Assembly (NCBI RefSeq): GCF_001194135.2
Contig: NC_068984.1
Coordinates: 54,419,524 to 54,483,523, forward strand
Source of the DNA: Octopus bimaculoides
Lineage: Eukaryota
DNA length: 64,000 bases
Direction: 5' to 3'
Shown here: in pieces, positions 24,672 to 37,489 of the stretch
How positions within the stretch are numbered: the first letter of the stretch is position 1
Layout of the letters: each line of letters starts with the position of its first letter
The notes under the pieces: model-generated
Seen by the model: only the letters and a program-made list of their open reading frames with translations
Database searches by the model: none
What the model was told of the DNA's origin: nothing
Made by a program: the position numbers and the translations under genes

Positions 24672-27107
24672 AAAGGAAATAAAGGAAGAGTGTGTGTGTG
24701 TGTGAGAGAGAGAGCAGTATGGAGGTTCTCTTTCAGTCTTGTGGAATGTGGAGTGTGCTTGTGGAGGAGGATGAGGAGAAACTTTTGAAGCAACTGTAAA
24801 ATCTAAGCCTTGATTTGCAGCATTGGACATTGGTCAACTTTGCCTTTCATCACTTGAAGGTCAATAAAATAGTACCAGTCCAGAGCAGTGGAGTTGGAGA
24901 AGTGTTAGAGGGTTGATGAAATGCTTTGGTCTCTCTTCTGGCTGTCTGTGTTCTGACAGCAATGCCTGTGATGACACTAACACCAAGCTGTATTGGCCCT
25001 ATGTTGGTGGCCTTTCCTTTGTATACACACTAGTGGTGTGGACTTGCAAGCATGGATAACTGCCAGTCTTCTTCATAAAAAAAAGTCTTGCCCAGGCTTT
25101 CACAAACATGTACAGCTGCATGTTAAAACCTTGGCAGATGGCAGCCCTATTAAAAACCAAAGCATAATAATATGACTTGCAGAAAACCACCCAGAGGACT
25201 GAGTTTCTGCAAATATTTATGAGTTTTAGCATATTTCACTTCAAGTAGTTGATTGAGGATTTAATCCAGATTTTTAATTTGCTTAAAACAATCACTGCTT
25301 GTTTTGTTTGGCATGTAGCTGCTTTCTACCTATCCAAATAAACAAGAAACGAATGTTAAACTGTGATTATTATTGAGTATAAAAGATATATTGCAATTAA
25401 TTATACATTATAAAAATATAAACAATATAAATTTGTTTAAGTACTTACACTAAGTTTGCATTTCATATTTATATTGTACATTATGAGATCAGTTTTGGTA
25501 GAAACCAATAAGTGCAAGCAAGACAAGGAGATTGAAGCAGAACTGGCAGCTGAAAATTTACTTTGAGGAACAATTTTCATGTGAAATGGTGTTAGAAGTA
25601 TCTTCCAGTTATTGGATTTCAACTGTAAGGTTAGTACATGAAGTGTGTCTAAGTTTATATGTTTTGTCCTGTCTCATTTCATTGTAATAACATGTATACA
25701 TTGCCAATTTACATATACATGAATATAAAAAAGTAATACCAGATATTTAAATCTCTTACTCTGGCTCTAATACCTTAATGTTTGTTTGTTACCTTTCTCT
25801 TTTATCCATTAATGCATTCTTCCTTGTTGCATTGTACTTATTTTAATCCAGAATCTGTCAACCTGATTATGAAAATAGGAATAAAATGGTGAAAAAAATT
25901 GCAACAGAGTAATGAATGAAAAGAAAATTAGCAATGGAATGGTGAGAAAAATAGAAATAGAATAATTAAAAAAAATGATCAGTCAGTAAGATAACCATTA
26001 ATAGTTTTTGTTTCTCAAAAAAGAAAGAAATTTTTCTTTGTTCTTTGCTGTTTTAAACTTTGATTTATTTTCCCTATTAAAAATGTGATAGCTGATTAAA
26101 CATAAAGAGTTTGACTTCCAACCCAAAGAAAATTACTACTGATATTATAATAAGGCATCAAGGATGATCCTATATGATTGATAAAGTGTCAGATTATGTT
26201 TCACAGTACTTTGTTCATAGTTACACATTTCTTCAATAATGTCCCATTGTGATTTAATTTTATAATGTATGGAGGATTGCATGCGTGTGGTTTAAGGTGT
26301 TGCCTTCACTATAGTTAGGTCATAGTTTTAGTTCTTGGACCAGTTAGGCTTTACCTCTGCAATGGCCTAGTGACCTGTTAAGTGGAGAGTTCTTTTACTT
26401 TTAGGAAACTCAGATAAGCTCCAGCTCATGAATCTGTGTTTGTGGCAAATTTAGGTAGAAGGAATATAGACTGGTTAATATTCCTTGCTCTTGAAAGTTG
26501 TACTTTGCACTTATGGAGAAAAAAATTAACTGGATATAGAAATATTAAGATTTAATCCACCATTGGAGTCATTAGTTTTTTGTTACACAATCTATCTATT
26601 TGACAAAATATATCAACCTCACAAATACATTCAGTTACTGAATCTAGACATGAAATAAAATGATAACTATATAGAACTGTTTTGGCAATGAGATATTGTT
26701 TGGCTATAATTCATTTCAGTTCAGTACAATTAAATGAAATATATCATCATTGTATTTAGAATGAAAATATAATTGCTGCCTGAGTTGGATTATTGATTTA
26801 TTCATAACACTAAAAAACAACAAAAAAACAAAAACAAAAACAAAACAAAACATAACTTATCACAGCAAATGTAATGGTAATAGAGAAAACAAATGTATGG
26901 AAATGAAACATCAGTAATATATCTTATTACATATTCAGTATCACTATGTAATTATCCACATTCTTTAATATAGAATCCAGCTGTATGACACTCTTAATTA
27001 AGAGATTGTTAATGACCTCAGTTGTCCAGAGTTAAATACCAGAGAGTAGCAAAAAGTACAACCTTTTGTTGAGATGACTACTGTCAGATTGAATGTTTTT
27101 TTTAGGC

Positions 27108-29471
27108 CAGCTATGGCAAACCTATGGCACAAGCATCTAAAGTAGCACTTTGGATTAGAAATGATGCATTATTCATTCATCCATAATTGTTCAATATGTG
27201 TTTGATTCTTGCTTGATTTTGTTGTGACACCAGCCCATTACAGTTTTTTAGCTGTCAGATTGCAGTAGGCACTCCTATGCTATACAGTTGTACTTTGTTT
27301 GATAAGGGTCTGTAATTTTTTGAAAATTAGGCCTTGTTTTAATTTTTTTCCATCTCAGTGCAAAAGAAAAACAGTGACAGCAATTGTGAATTCAACAAAC
27401 AGTGGGGGGAAAAAGCTCTTGTAGTAGGCAATTCAGGAAAACTTTTGTGAATTGTTTGTGAAGATAGTTTCACATATTAAAAGACATGATCTTAACACAC
27501 TGTACAAAACATAACATAAGACTTAAATAGAAGGTAAGCTGAAGTTAGTGCTTGGGTGTGAGTTGATAAAATATATGTGTTGAAAGAAATTGTGAAAGTT
27601 TGGTGATAAGCATTGGTAAAAGAATAGTAGATATTCTTTGATGGAAGGAGAAATTGTTAGGCTGAGGTTGCAAATAAATTTTGGTAATGGAAAATATTAA
27701 GGAAAAAAGTAAATGGAATTAGTATGTGAAAGCAAATGGTTATAAGACACACCAACTGTCTGTCTATCTATCTCTGTCTGTCTATCTATCTCTGTCTGTC
27801 TATCTGTCTCTGTCTGTCTATCTGTCTCTGTCTGTCTGTCTATCTGTCTCTTGATGTATTTGAGCAACTGAAAGGATCTTTCCATTCTGGTGCTTTATTC
27901 CCTGTAGCTTTGGATAAATCTACTGACATATGTGATACACCCCACATAAGAATTTTAATAAGAATTTTAGTGACTTTGAATTACTTGTCTTGAGTTCCTT
28001 CATGGAAAAATAATATCAGACTTATTTAACAAAGTGAAGTCATTCTTGGAAAGTCTAAGTAAATTCATCTTTTTAATTCTGATGACTGGTAAAGCTGTTG
28101 AGATAACAATTTTGCTTGAAAATGTCTGCAATCATTCTCAAGTAAAAATATCACAGCATTGTATGCCAAGGACTTTAAACCTGCAGTGCAAAAATATTGA
28201 GTGTTGTGAAATGTTGGCATAAAATTGGGACAAGAACATTAAAAAGATAAAAATTCAGAGGATACTACAAAATGGTAGATTTGGAATATGGCAATCATGC
28301 CAGCTCATCTATTATATAGGAAAGCTAACCCACCTTTCAATTATTTAGCTAGTTTTCTAGAGGGCAGGTTCTAAGTAGATTTTTGGAAAATGAAAAATTC
28401 TGCTAGTAATGTTCTAGAAGACGAAAATTACTTGCTTAACAGTAGAGCCCTTTTATATTTTTTTTTACTTGTTTCAGTCATTTGACTGCAGCCATGCTGG
28501 AGCACAGCCCTGTAGAGTTTTTTAGTTGAACAAATCGACCCCTGGACTTATTTTTTTTAAAGCCTAGTACTTATTCTATCAGTCTCTTTTGCCGAACCAC
28601 TAAGTTACAGGGATGTAAATACACCAACACCGGTTGTCAAGCAGTGATGGGGGACAAACACAGACACAAAGACATACACACACACACACACACACACATA
28701 CGATAGGCTTCATTCAGTTCCTGGCTACCAAACCCACTCACAAGGTTTTGGTCAGCCTGAGGCTATAGTAGAAGACAGTTGCCCAGGTGTCGTGCAGTGG
28801 GACTGAACCCAGAACCATGTGGTTGGGAAGCAAGCTTCTTATCACACAGTGATGCCTGTGCCTATAATAACAATTTTTTATTTGATTTAGATTTTTATTT
28901 AGCTGACATTATTAGATGTATCAATGATCTAAATCTGAAACTACCAGACAATAACAAATTATTTCCAAGCTTAGTAAATGATATATCACCGTATTCATGA
29001 AATTAAAGCTGTTCATTTCCCAGCTTCAAAATGAGAATTTGCGCCAGTTTTTGCTCTTAAGAGCAGCGTGACGGTGCTGAAGATAATGGCACTTTTATAA
29101 AGTATGTTGTAAACAAAAAAAATCAGATTAGTGCTAGAGCCATTTAAATGTTGTTTTCATGATCTTGTTAGAGAGGAAAACAGCATACTCACATGACAGA
29201 AACTGAAAGAAGCCCGTTGTGTATATATATATATATATATATAAAAGAATGAGATCAAGAGACCAATGGCATTAAAATATAAATTTACTTATGCCATTGG
29301 TCTCTTGATCTCATTCTTTTTTTATATATACACACGCTAATACACGACCCATGTTGTATTCATCACTCATGTTGCAACCACGTCAGGGGCAAAACTAGTC
29401 AGTATACAGTACTTACTCGGTATTACCTGTATCTTTAGGGTTTGATTGACTCCATTACCCTTCGTAAACTT

Positions 29472-29502
<31 letters not shown>

Positions 29503-30410
29503 GCATATGTTTATGTGTGCCTGTCTTTATGTCTGCATTTGTCCCCCACCACTACTTGCACCAGATGATGGTGTATTTACATCTCTGTACTTTAGTGGTT
29601 TGGTAAAAAGAGACTGATAGAATAAGTACCAGGTTTTAAAAAAATAATTCCTAGGATTGATTTGTTCGACTAAAACCTTTCAAAGCAGTGTCACAGCATG
29701 GCTGCAATCTAATGATTGAAACAAGTAAGAGGTTAAAGATAACATGCAGATGGAATTTTTTGATGTTTTCTTAAAAACAAATTCATTATTGAAAATGAAA
29801 TTTGACTGACCTTCTCTCAGTTCCAAATACTGTTGACATGATTAACTTCTAGCAATTATAACTGAATATTTTTTAGAGTTACGAAAATTTGCCAAGAACT
29901 ACATCTGTCATTTTGAAATAACCTACAGTTTTGAAAAAAATATTTTTATCTATGAAACTGATAAAAAAAAAAGCACAAGATAATGACTGAAATTTTATAA
30001 AATTCTTTGTTGCTCTCAGTAATTAATTTAACTCCAGATATTAAAAACTTGGTTAAATCAAAAAACGAATTTAAAACGCTTATTAAATTAAAAAAATCTT
30101 CATCCTTAACAAGTGACTTGTTAACCAAGTTTCGATATTTGATATTCTTTAGTTGGTGAGAAATATTGAGTCTTTCCCAAGGCGCTGGAAGTTCAACCAC
30201 AATGATTGTTTTTGCACTGCTGAGAGCACAGGAACATGTCTGATCAAAGTACATAGTTATGCTAAATATATCTAATGTAAACATTTTATACAAGAATTAA
30301 ATGAATGTGTAAGACTTGTATGGCATGTTTGAATTTATCTGTGATAAAATAGCTACATGCAATGTAAAATGGTAGCTGTTCCTGTCTTAGACAATGCCCA
30401 TAGTAAGCTG
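27108..30410 (+). mobile_element. Degenerate hAT (Charlie/GTF2IRD2-like) transposon interrupted by SINEs
   Basis: Left end cagctatggcaaacctatggcac. Transposase remnants in order: PVALDKSTDICDTPHIRILIR (27.9 kb), QHCMPRTLNL (28.15 kb), DLDFYLADIIRCINDLNLKL (28.9 kb), AKNYICHFEITYSFEK (29.9 kb). The right end is uncertain. Confidence 0.7.
28455..28862 (-). mobile_element. tRNA-derived SINE family B, full length
   Basis: Full consensus-like sequence inserted into the hAT transposase. Confidence 0.85.
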
Positions 30411-31419
30411 ATATAGAATCCAACGATATTGTGGGAAGTTTTCACCATCTGCTGAAGTTGTTCTTGATCTGATATCGAGCAGTTGCATCATTAGAGAAGG
30501 AATTATGCATATTTAAATGTGGTATAAGATTGTAATATGTGATAATACTACCATATTAAGTTATCAGCAGACTTAATATGATGAATTTTCTGAATATATA
30601 GCTATAGTGTGTCCAGGCATCACTAGTTTTTTTTTACTAACAGGCTATGTAGAGAGACACTACTAGAAAAGATACCAAAACATTAGATTTAGTATCTTTT
30701 CTAGTAGTAGTAGAAATCTAAGGGGAATTTTGTGTATTAACAATCTGTATGGGTATTCCTAGTTATGTAGTAATAGTTTTGGTGAAAATATCATTAGTTA
30801 CATATAAACATTGTGTATATATAGAATATGTAATGGCAATGCATGTGTAAAAGTTATATTTGTGTCTATGAAGGGGAATTATAAAGTGTTTATATATGAA
30901 TTAGAATTACAATAGCCTAAATATGTTTTAATATTTACAATTATAACACAGTATAGACATGTATGTATAATTATACAGTTATATGTCTATTCACAGGATT
31001 GGCTGTGTAGTTAAAAAGTTTGCTTCACAACCATGTGATTGAGGTTTCAGTTCCACTTGATGGCATCTTGGCAGATGTCTGCTATTATAACTTCTAGTTG
31101 ATCAGTGCCTTGTGAGTGAAATTTGGTAGGCAGAAACGAAACTGTATGGAAGCTTGTCATATATGTGGCTTGTGTTTGTATTTTTGTCTCTTTGTGTTTT
31201 ATGCAAAAACACAATGAGACATTTGTTTATGTCTCTCATAAGCAAAATGTTATGCTTAGCATTTAGTCATTCAAAAATCATTGGAATAAAGTACCTTGAA
31301 ATCAAGTACCCTGGAATAAAGTACCTTACTTGAAAATAAGTAAAATACTTGTAAAACATACTGGCTGGCATTTGGCCTTCAAAATACTGCCTTGAGAAGT
31401 TTCTAACCCAGGCCAGATT

Positions 31420-32288
31420 TCAAATTTAGCCACAAGGCCAGCAATTTTGAGGGGAAAGATTGGTCTTTTTTTTTATTGACCCAGAAGGAGTGAAAAGCAA
31501 TGTTGACTTCTGCTGGAATTGAACTCAGAATATAAAAAAAGCATAGCTAAATACTACATGGTACTTTTTCCAATGCTCTAACAATTCTTTCAGCCTCCCC
31601 TATAATAATTCTTTCTAATTTCGGCACAAGGCCAGCAATTTTGAGTGGATTGGGCAAGTTGATTACATTGACTCCAGTACTTTTTTACTGGTACTGATTT
31701 TTACTGAGCCCGAAAGGATGAAAGGCAAAGTCAACCAGTGCAAGATTTGAACTCAGACTGTAAAAAATTTGTAGAAAAGCTACTAAGCATTTTGTCCAGC
31801 ATGATAACAATTCTGCCAGCCTGCTGCCTTTGATAATCCTTTCTACTATTGGCACAAGGTCTGAAATTTTGGTGGAGAGGGCTAGTTGATTATATTGACC
31901 TCAGTGCTCAAGTGGTACTTGTTTTATCAACTCCAAAAGGATGTAATGCAAAGTCAGCCTTAATAGAATTTGAACTCAGAACTTAAAGCCAGCAGAAATG
32001 CTGTTAAGCACTTTGTCTAATGTGCTAATGATTCTACCAGTTGGCTGTCTTAAGCCCACTATTGATGATAAAAATCCTTTCTACTATAGGTACAAGGCCT
32101 GAAATTTTGTGGGAGGGGGCTAGTCAACTACATGGACCCCAATACTTGACTGGTATTTATTTTATCAATCTTGAAAGGATGAAAGGCAAAAGTCAACTTC
32201 AGTGGAATTTGAACTCAGAGTGTAGAAATGGACAAAATGTTGCTAAGCATTTTGTCTGGCATGCTAGCAATTCTGCCAGACAACCACT

Positions 32289-32320
<32 letters not shown>

Positions 32321-32547
32321 TATAATTATTATTATTATAAATCTTTGTCACAAGGGCAGCTTGGGGGAGGTGGGGATGAGTTGATTACATCGACCCCAGT
32401 GTGTAACTGATACTTATTTCATCAACCCTAAAAGGATAAAAGGCAAAGTTGACCTTGATGAAATTTGAACTCAGAACGTAGCGACAGACAAAATACCATT
32501 AAGCATTTCACCTGGAGTGCTAACGATTCTGCCAGCTCACTGCCTTA
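31420..32547 (-). mobile_element. Head-to-tail array of five SINE family A copies
   Basis: Five units of about 200-230 bp in the same orientation, separated by (TAA)/(TGA) tails and CpG-eroded. Confidence 0.85.
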
Positions 32548-32896
32548 ATGATGATGATGATGATGATAATAACAATAACAGCAACAACAATAATAGTAGA
32601 TCAGATGTAATCTAAAGTAATTTGAGATTATGGGGGTCTAGTTCTGCCATAAAGGGATAAAACGAAAAGTTTAGAATTCAAGGAAAAGGTCTCAGGAACA
32701 GAAAAAAATCAATTTCAAATACTATTACAAAGAAAACTTTATAATTATAGTTTAATGTCGACAAGGAGAAAAAGAAATGAGAAGTGTTCTGTGTTTTGGA
32801 CATTAACACTATTTCAAGGAAAAGCAGAGAAGAAAAGAAGGAAGGAAGAGCAAAGTTTCATGGAAAGATATTGCAAAATTATGTGTATGTATGTAT

Positions 32897-32927
<31 letters not shown>

Positions 32928-32991
32928 CACACACACATAAATATGTATGTGTGTGTATGTTTATATACATGTATATATTTACATACATAAA

Positions 32992-33339
32992 CAGGGTTTC
33001 CCAAAAGTCACTAATGGGTTTCAATTTTTAATAACTTCCCTAAATTTACAAATAAATGCATGAAATTTTGATACAATATAAAGGAGATAATGGAAATTAA
33101 TATGCAAAAGTCAAGTTTTGCAACACCCCTACATCACATATGAAAAATGACATTGCTTAAATGGCAGCCATTTGCAGCTTTGTATGCCTGTGCTCTTTCC
33201 AAAACTTGCACCATAACACCCTCAAGGGTTTCAGACCCCACTTCTCTGATTTCTCTATTGATGTTCTCCTTCATGCATTTATTTGTAAAGTTAAAGAAGT
33301 TATTAAAAATTAAAAGCTATCAGTGATTTTTGGGACGCC

Positions 33340-33342
<3 letters not shown>
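32992..33342. mobile_element. Tc1/mariner-derived non-autonomous element
   Basis: TIRs cagggtttcccaaaagtcact and agtgatttttgggacgccctg. Confidence 0.75.
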
Positions 33343-33382
<40 letters not shown>

Positions 33383-33443
33383 GCTGTCTAAGAATCCATA
33401 AGTCAGAAAAAATATGCACTCATTTATTTGTCAATACAGTAGG

Positions 33444-33727
33444 TATATTAATTGAAGTGTAAAATATTATATATCCATTATGGCCAACCATACCAATTGG
33501 TTTCACATTAGGGGTTCAACAGAGTGTGATGTAACAGCCCAATTATGTAACCCTGCACTCTTCAGAGATGGCAGTCACCGTATTTCCTTCCATAACTACT
33601 ACCTCTGAAGAGTACAGGGTTACATAATCAGACTATTATCTAACACTCTGTTGAACCCCTAGTGTGAAATTGATTGGTAATATCAGCCATAATGGATATA
33701 TGATATACTGCACACCTCAGTTTATAT
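33444..33727. mobile_element. Palindromic foldback MITE
   Basis: Arms of about 130 bp, roughly 80% identical by eye (e.g. ttcacattaggggttcaacagagtgt and acactctgttgaacccctagtgtgaa), around a spacer of about 25 bp. Confidence 0.8.
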
Positions 33728-34666
33728 TTGTAGGTGCAGTATAGCAAAATGGTTGGGAGGTTCACTTTTCAACCACATTACCTCTAGTTCAATCCCACTG
33801 CATAGCATCTTGGGTAAATGACCTTCCCCAATCAAACCACTATATCATCTCTCCTCATGCTCTGTGCTTCTCTCTCTCTCTCCCTCACAACTGCAGTGTG
33901 CCAAAAACATGTCATCCCTTTCCTCCCTCTGTCAACTGTATCATCATTACTATCCTGCTACAAGCATCTCTCTGCATTCTCCAATTCATACACCTCCAAC
34001 TTCTGTATCCATCACTCCCTCCACCCATCCTTCAATCTTTCCCAGTCTTTACAGATGTTTCTTACCTCACTTTTTCCCATTTCCCCTATCTCTTCCCCTA
34101 CCATACATTCTTGTAAACCCTCACTCACTCCTAGCCTCTCTGTTCCCACTCACTACTATGTATGTGTATAGGTGCAGTATAGCCTAACTGTACACCTTTA
34201 TCTTCATGTTGTGGGCAGTGTTATGGTTGTTCCATAGATGCTTCTTGAGGGACCCAAAAGATTATGTAGCAGACTGTATTCGCCTCTCAACTTCAAGGTC
34301 AGAAAAATTAGTACAAGTCATTGCACTACTGAAATAGGTAAAAGCCTTGGTGTACTTTAGGGGCTCTCTCAATCTATTAGGACATCTTGGTAGAGCAGCT
34401 CAGTTTTCTTGAGACCAGACATGTCTGCTGCTCAAGAAAACTGGTCCACAATGTGTTGCATTGTCTTCAATATTGCTAGTTATGTGCACTGAGTCATATG
34501 TGTAGGGCCGTTTCCAGGCACACACTTCCCTGATTTTGATGGAAGCATGAAGATGGGCAAGTACTAAGAAGCCCTTTGCCTTGTGTACCAGGGGTACAGT
34601 GAAGATGCCGACAACAGGACATTGGATAACCAACACACATACATATATAAACATTATATGTATATA

Positions 34667-35918
34667 CAAGGTGTTTGGGATAAATTTGACAGTTTACATA
34701 AAAGGGAAAGAGAGCTCAATATCCCATCCAAAAATAAAAGTATTTTAAAATATCAAAAAATATCGACTAGATTATGGCTGGGAGATAATAGATCACTTGA
34801 AGTAGCTGCCTTCACCACAGCCTCAAGATGGTACCAGAACCTAGTATGTGTTCCTCGCATACCAGGTTCTCATGCGTCCAGGGGATATATTTGAAATCTT
34901 CTTGGTCTTGGCCTCCAGCTTGGCCTGCTGTTTTTCTCAACAACACCCAACACATAGTAATCCATCTAATTACAACTGGGGGAATTAGGAGGCCAGAAAC
35001 TGGGGCTGGTGAAACCATAGGAGTGGCTGCATGGTAAGTAGCTTGCTTATCAACCACATGGTTCCGGGTTCAGTCCCACTGCGTAGCACCTTGGGTAAGT
35101 GTCTTCTACTATAGCCTTGGGCCGACCAAAGCCTTGTGAGTGGATTTGGTAGACAGAAACTGAAAGTAGCCCATCGTATATATGTATATATATATGTGGG
35201 TGTGTGTATATATTTGTTTGTGTGTCTGTGTTTGTCCCCCGAACATCGCTTGACAACTGATGCTGGTGTGTTTACGTCCCCGTAACTTAGCGGTTCAGCA
35301 AAAGAGACCGATAGAATAAGTACTAGGCTTACAAAGAATAAGTCCTGGGGTCGATATGCTCGACTAAAGGAGGTGCTCCAGCATGGCCACAGTCAAATGA
35401 CTGAAACAAGTAAAAGAGTAACCACTTCTGACTGTTTCTGGAGATATAGCAAGGAGTTGTGAATCCTGCTGGAACACATATTGCATTCCAGCAGCAACCC
35501 TTTCCAGCTAAGGTTTGACCACAGTCTCTAGCAGCTTCACATAACCTTCAGAATTGAGCTTAAGGCCCTGTTCAAAGGTGTAGGGTGGCATGACTTCACC
35601 CTCACTGGAGACACACCTAAAGACCACCACAGTTTGGGTTTTTATGACATCCATGTCACATCTTAACCCTTTACAGTGCTCACAGAACATTGAGCAGCAG
35701 TCATGACATCAGTATTTTGATACCTGCATAAATCACGATTCACGTAACATTTTTTCCAATATTCAGATGGCTTCTGATCCTCCATGTCAGCTAAGTTTTT
35801 CTCAACTACAACTTTAATTTTTATGCTTTCCAATGCCATTGACTGTTTACCAATATGAAGTTGTTACTCAAAAAAGAAGACATAAAAAAAAATCATCAAA
35901 TTTAGCCTGAACACCCTA
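34667..35918 (-). mobile_element. Deleted maT/DD37D-type Tc1/mariner element with a SINE B inserted at about 35014-35420
   Basis: Remnants VSSEGEVMPPYTFEQGLKLNSEGYVKLLETVVKP, YVFQQDS, FWPPNSPSCN*MDYYV and HLEAVV. TIRs caaggtgtttgggataaatttga and tcaaatttagcctgaacacccta, with TA flanks. Confidence 0.8.
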
Positions 35919-35934
35919 TATACATACATACATA

Positions 35935-36153
35935 TGGGGCGGGAATGCTGAAAAATTCCCTGGCTTTGAGTAAAAGAAAATACAGGAGGATTAGTTAATT
36001 ATGATTTTATTCAACATATTCCCCTCTCAGATTTGAACTTATTGCAGCAGTCCTTCAGTTTTTCTAAGCCCTGTAAAAGAACTCAGAAGGTTGGGCCTCC
36101 AACCAGGCCTTTCATGATACCCTTAAAGCCAAGAACTTTCCAGCACCCCCTCA
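35935..36153. mobile_element. Mariner-derived MITE
   Basis: TIR-like ends tggggcgggaatgctgaaaaattccctggcttt and aaagccaagaactttccagcaccccctca, with TA flanks. Confidence 0.65.
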
Positions 36154-36675
36154 TATGTATGTATGTATATATTTTGTTTGACATTTGAATTAATTTTTTT
36201 TATATCCAATTTTTAAAATAAATAATTCAAAATAAATATGCAAGATTTTAGTGTCTGTTTTATGTTTTCTTCAACTTGATTTATTTGTGCCATGATTAAT
36301 AGCAGACACATACATTGTTTCCTGACATGATGTGCTTCCATATATCATAGCTGGCAGTTCATCAAAACATCAACACTCTTCAACACTATAACACACACAG
36401 TGATTTATGTAAGTAAACAAGATCGCATTGAAACCATTCTTACTCACTTCTGTTTTACTGAAATATTTTTAGTTATTCATTTTTGTTTTTATTTTATTAG
36501 TATTTTTTTGCTTCTAATGTTTCAAGGTGATAAATAAGTACTACATGTTGTTATTTTGATTTTACAACAGAGTGTGCTACCTCTAAGCAATTTCTGTTGG
36601 TCAAAGTTACACTGAAAATGAACAGATAAAGATTTATTTGCTTTTAACATATTCATTTAGTTAGTTAGTTTTTTT

Positions 36676-36930
36676 TTTGTGCGGGTGGCACATGAAATGC
36701 ACCATTTTGAGCGTGGCCGTTGCCAGTACCACCTGACTGGCCTTCGTGCGGGTGACACGTAAAAGCACCCACTACACTCTGAGTGATTGGCGTTAGGAAG
36801 GGCATCCAGCTGTAGAAACTCTGCCAAATCAGATTGGAGCCTGGTGTAGCCATCTGGTTTCACCAGTCCTCAGTCAAATCGTCCAACCCATGCTAGCATG
36901 GAGAGCGGACGTTAAACGACGACGACAACG
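36676..36930 (+). mobile_element. Short element carrying the RTE LINE 3' tail (young, CpG-retaining)
   Basis: Near-identical to the reverse complement of 3060-3310. Ends in (GAC)n. Confidence 0.8.
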
Positions 36931-37489
36931 ATATTTGCTTTCAGCATTTTATTAATTAATTAATTTATTTTTTGCACCCTCATAATATCTTAAAACTGCA
37001 GAAATTATAACATGAAGCTCTCATTACCATTGCTGCTGTTGCCTCCAATGTCGCCAACAGCAACAGCAGCTTCGTCAACATCATTTTAGCCCTTTGGATA
37101 CAAACCCACCCAAAACTGGCCCTGGTTCTTTGATACAAACTTCATGATATAAAGCGATCCATCTTAAAAACCATTCATCAAAATTTAATGCTAATTTATG
37201 TTCCAAATACCAGCTTAATAAAAATAAAATTATTCTAATAATTTTTTTATTATTTTCAAAATTAATTGAAACAAAAGCAGTGTATTTCAAAAGAAATATG
37301 ATAAGAAAGAGGTTAATGAACTAACAAAGGGGTCACTACCTGGTTGGTAGACCCGCTATAAATCAGTAAGGGACACATTGTCCTTAAGAAAAGGAACAAC
37401 ATTTTGGAGTATGTAATTCTAGATGTGTGAATAAAAGATTAGATTGACATAGTTGGAATGTCCTTAATCATAGGTTTACTTTATCAAGG

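Noticed and set aside
31420-32547. CRISPR-like or satellite array
   Set aside because: The units are diverged SINEs of about 200 bp with no constant repeat/unique spacer structure, in a eukaryotic context.
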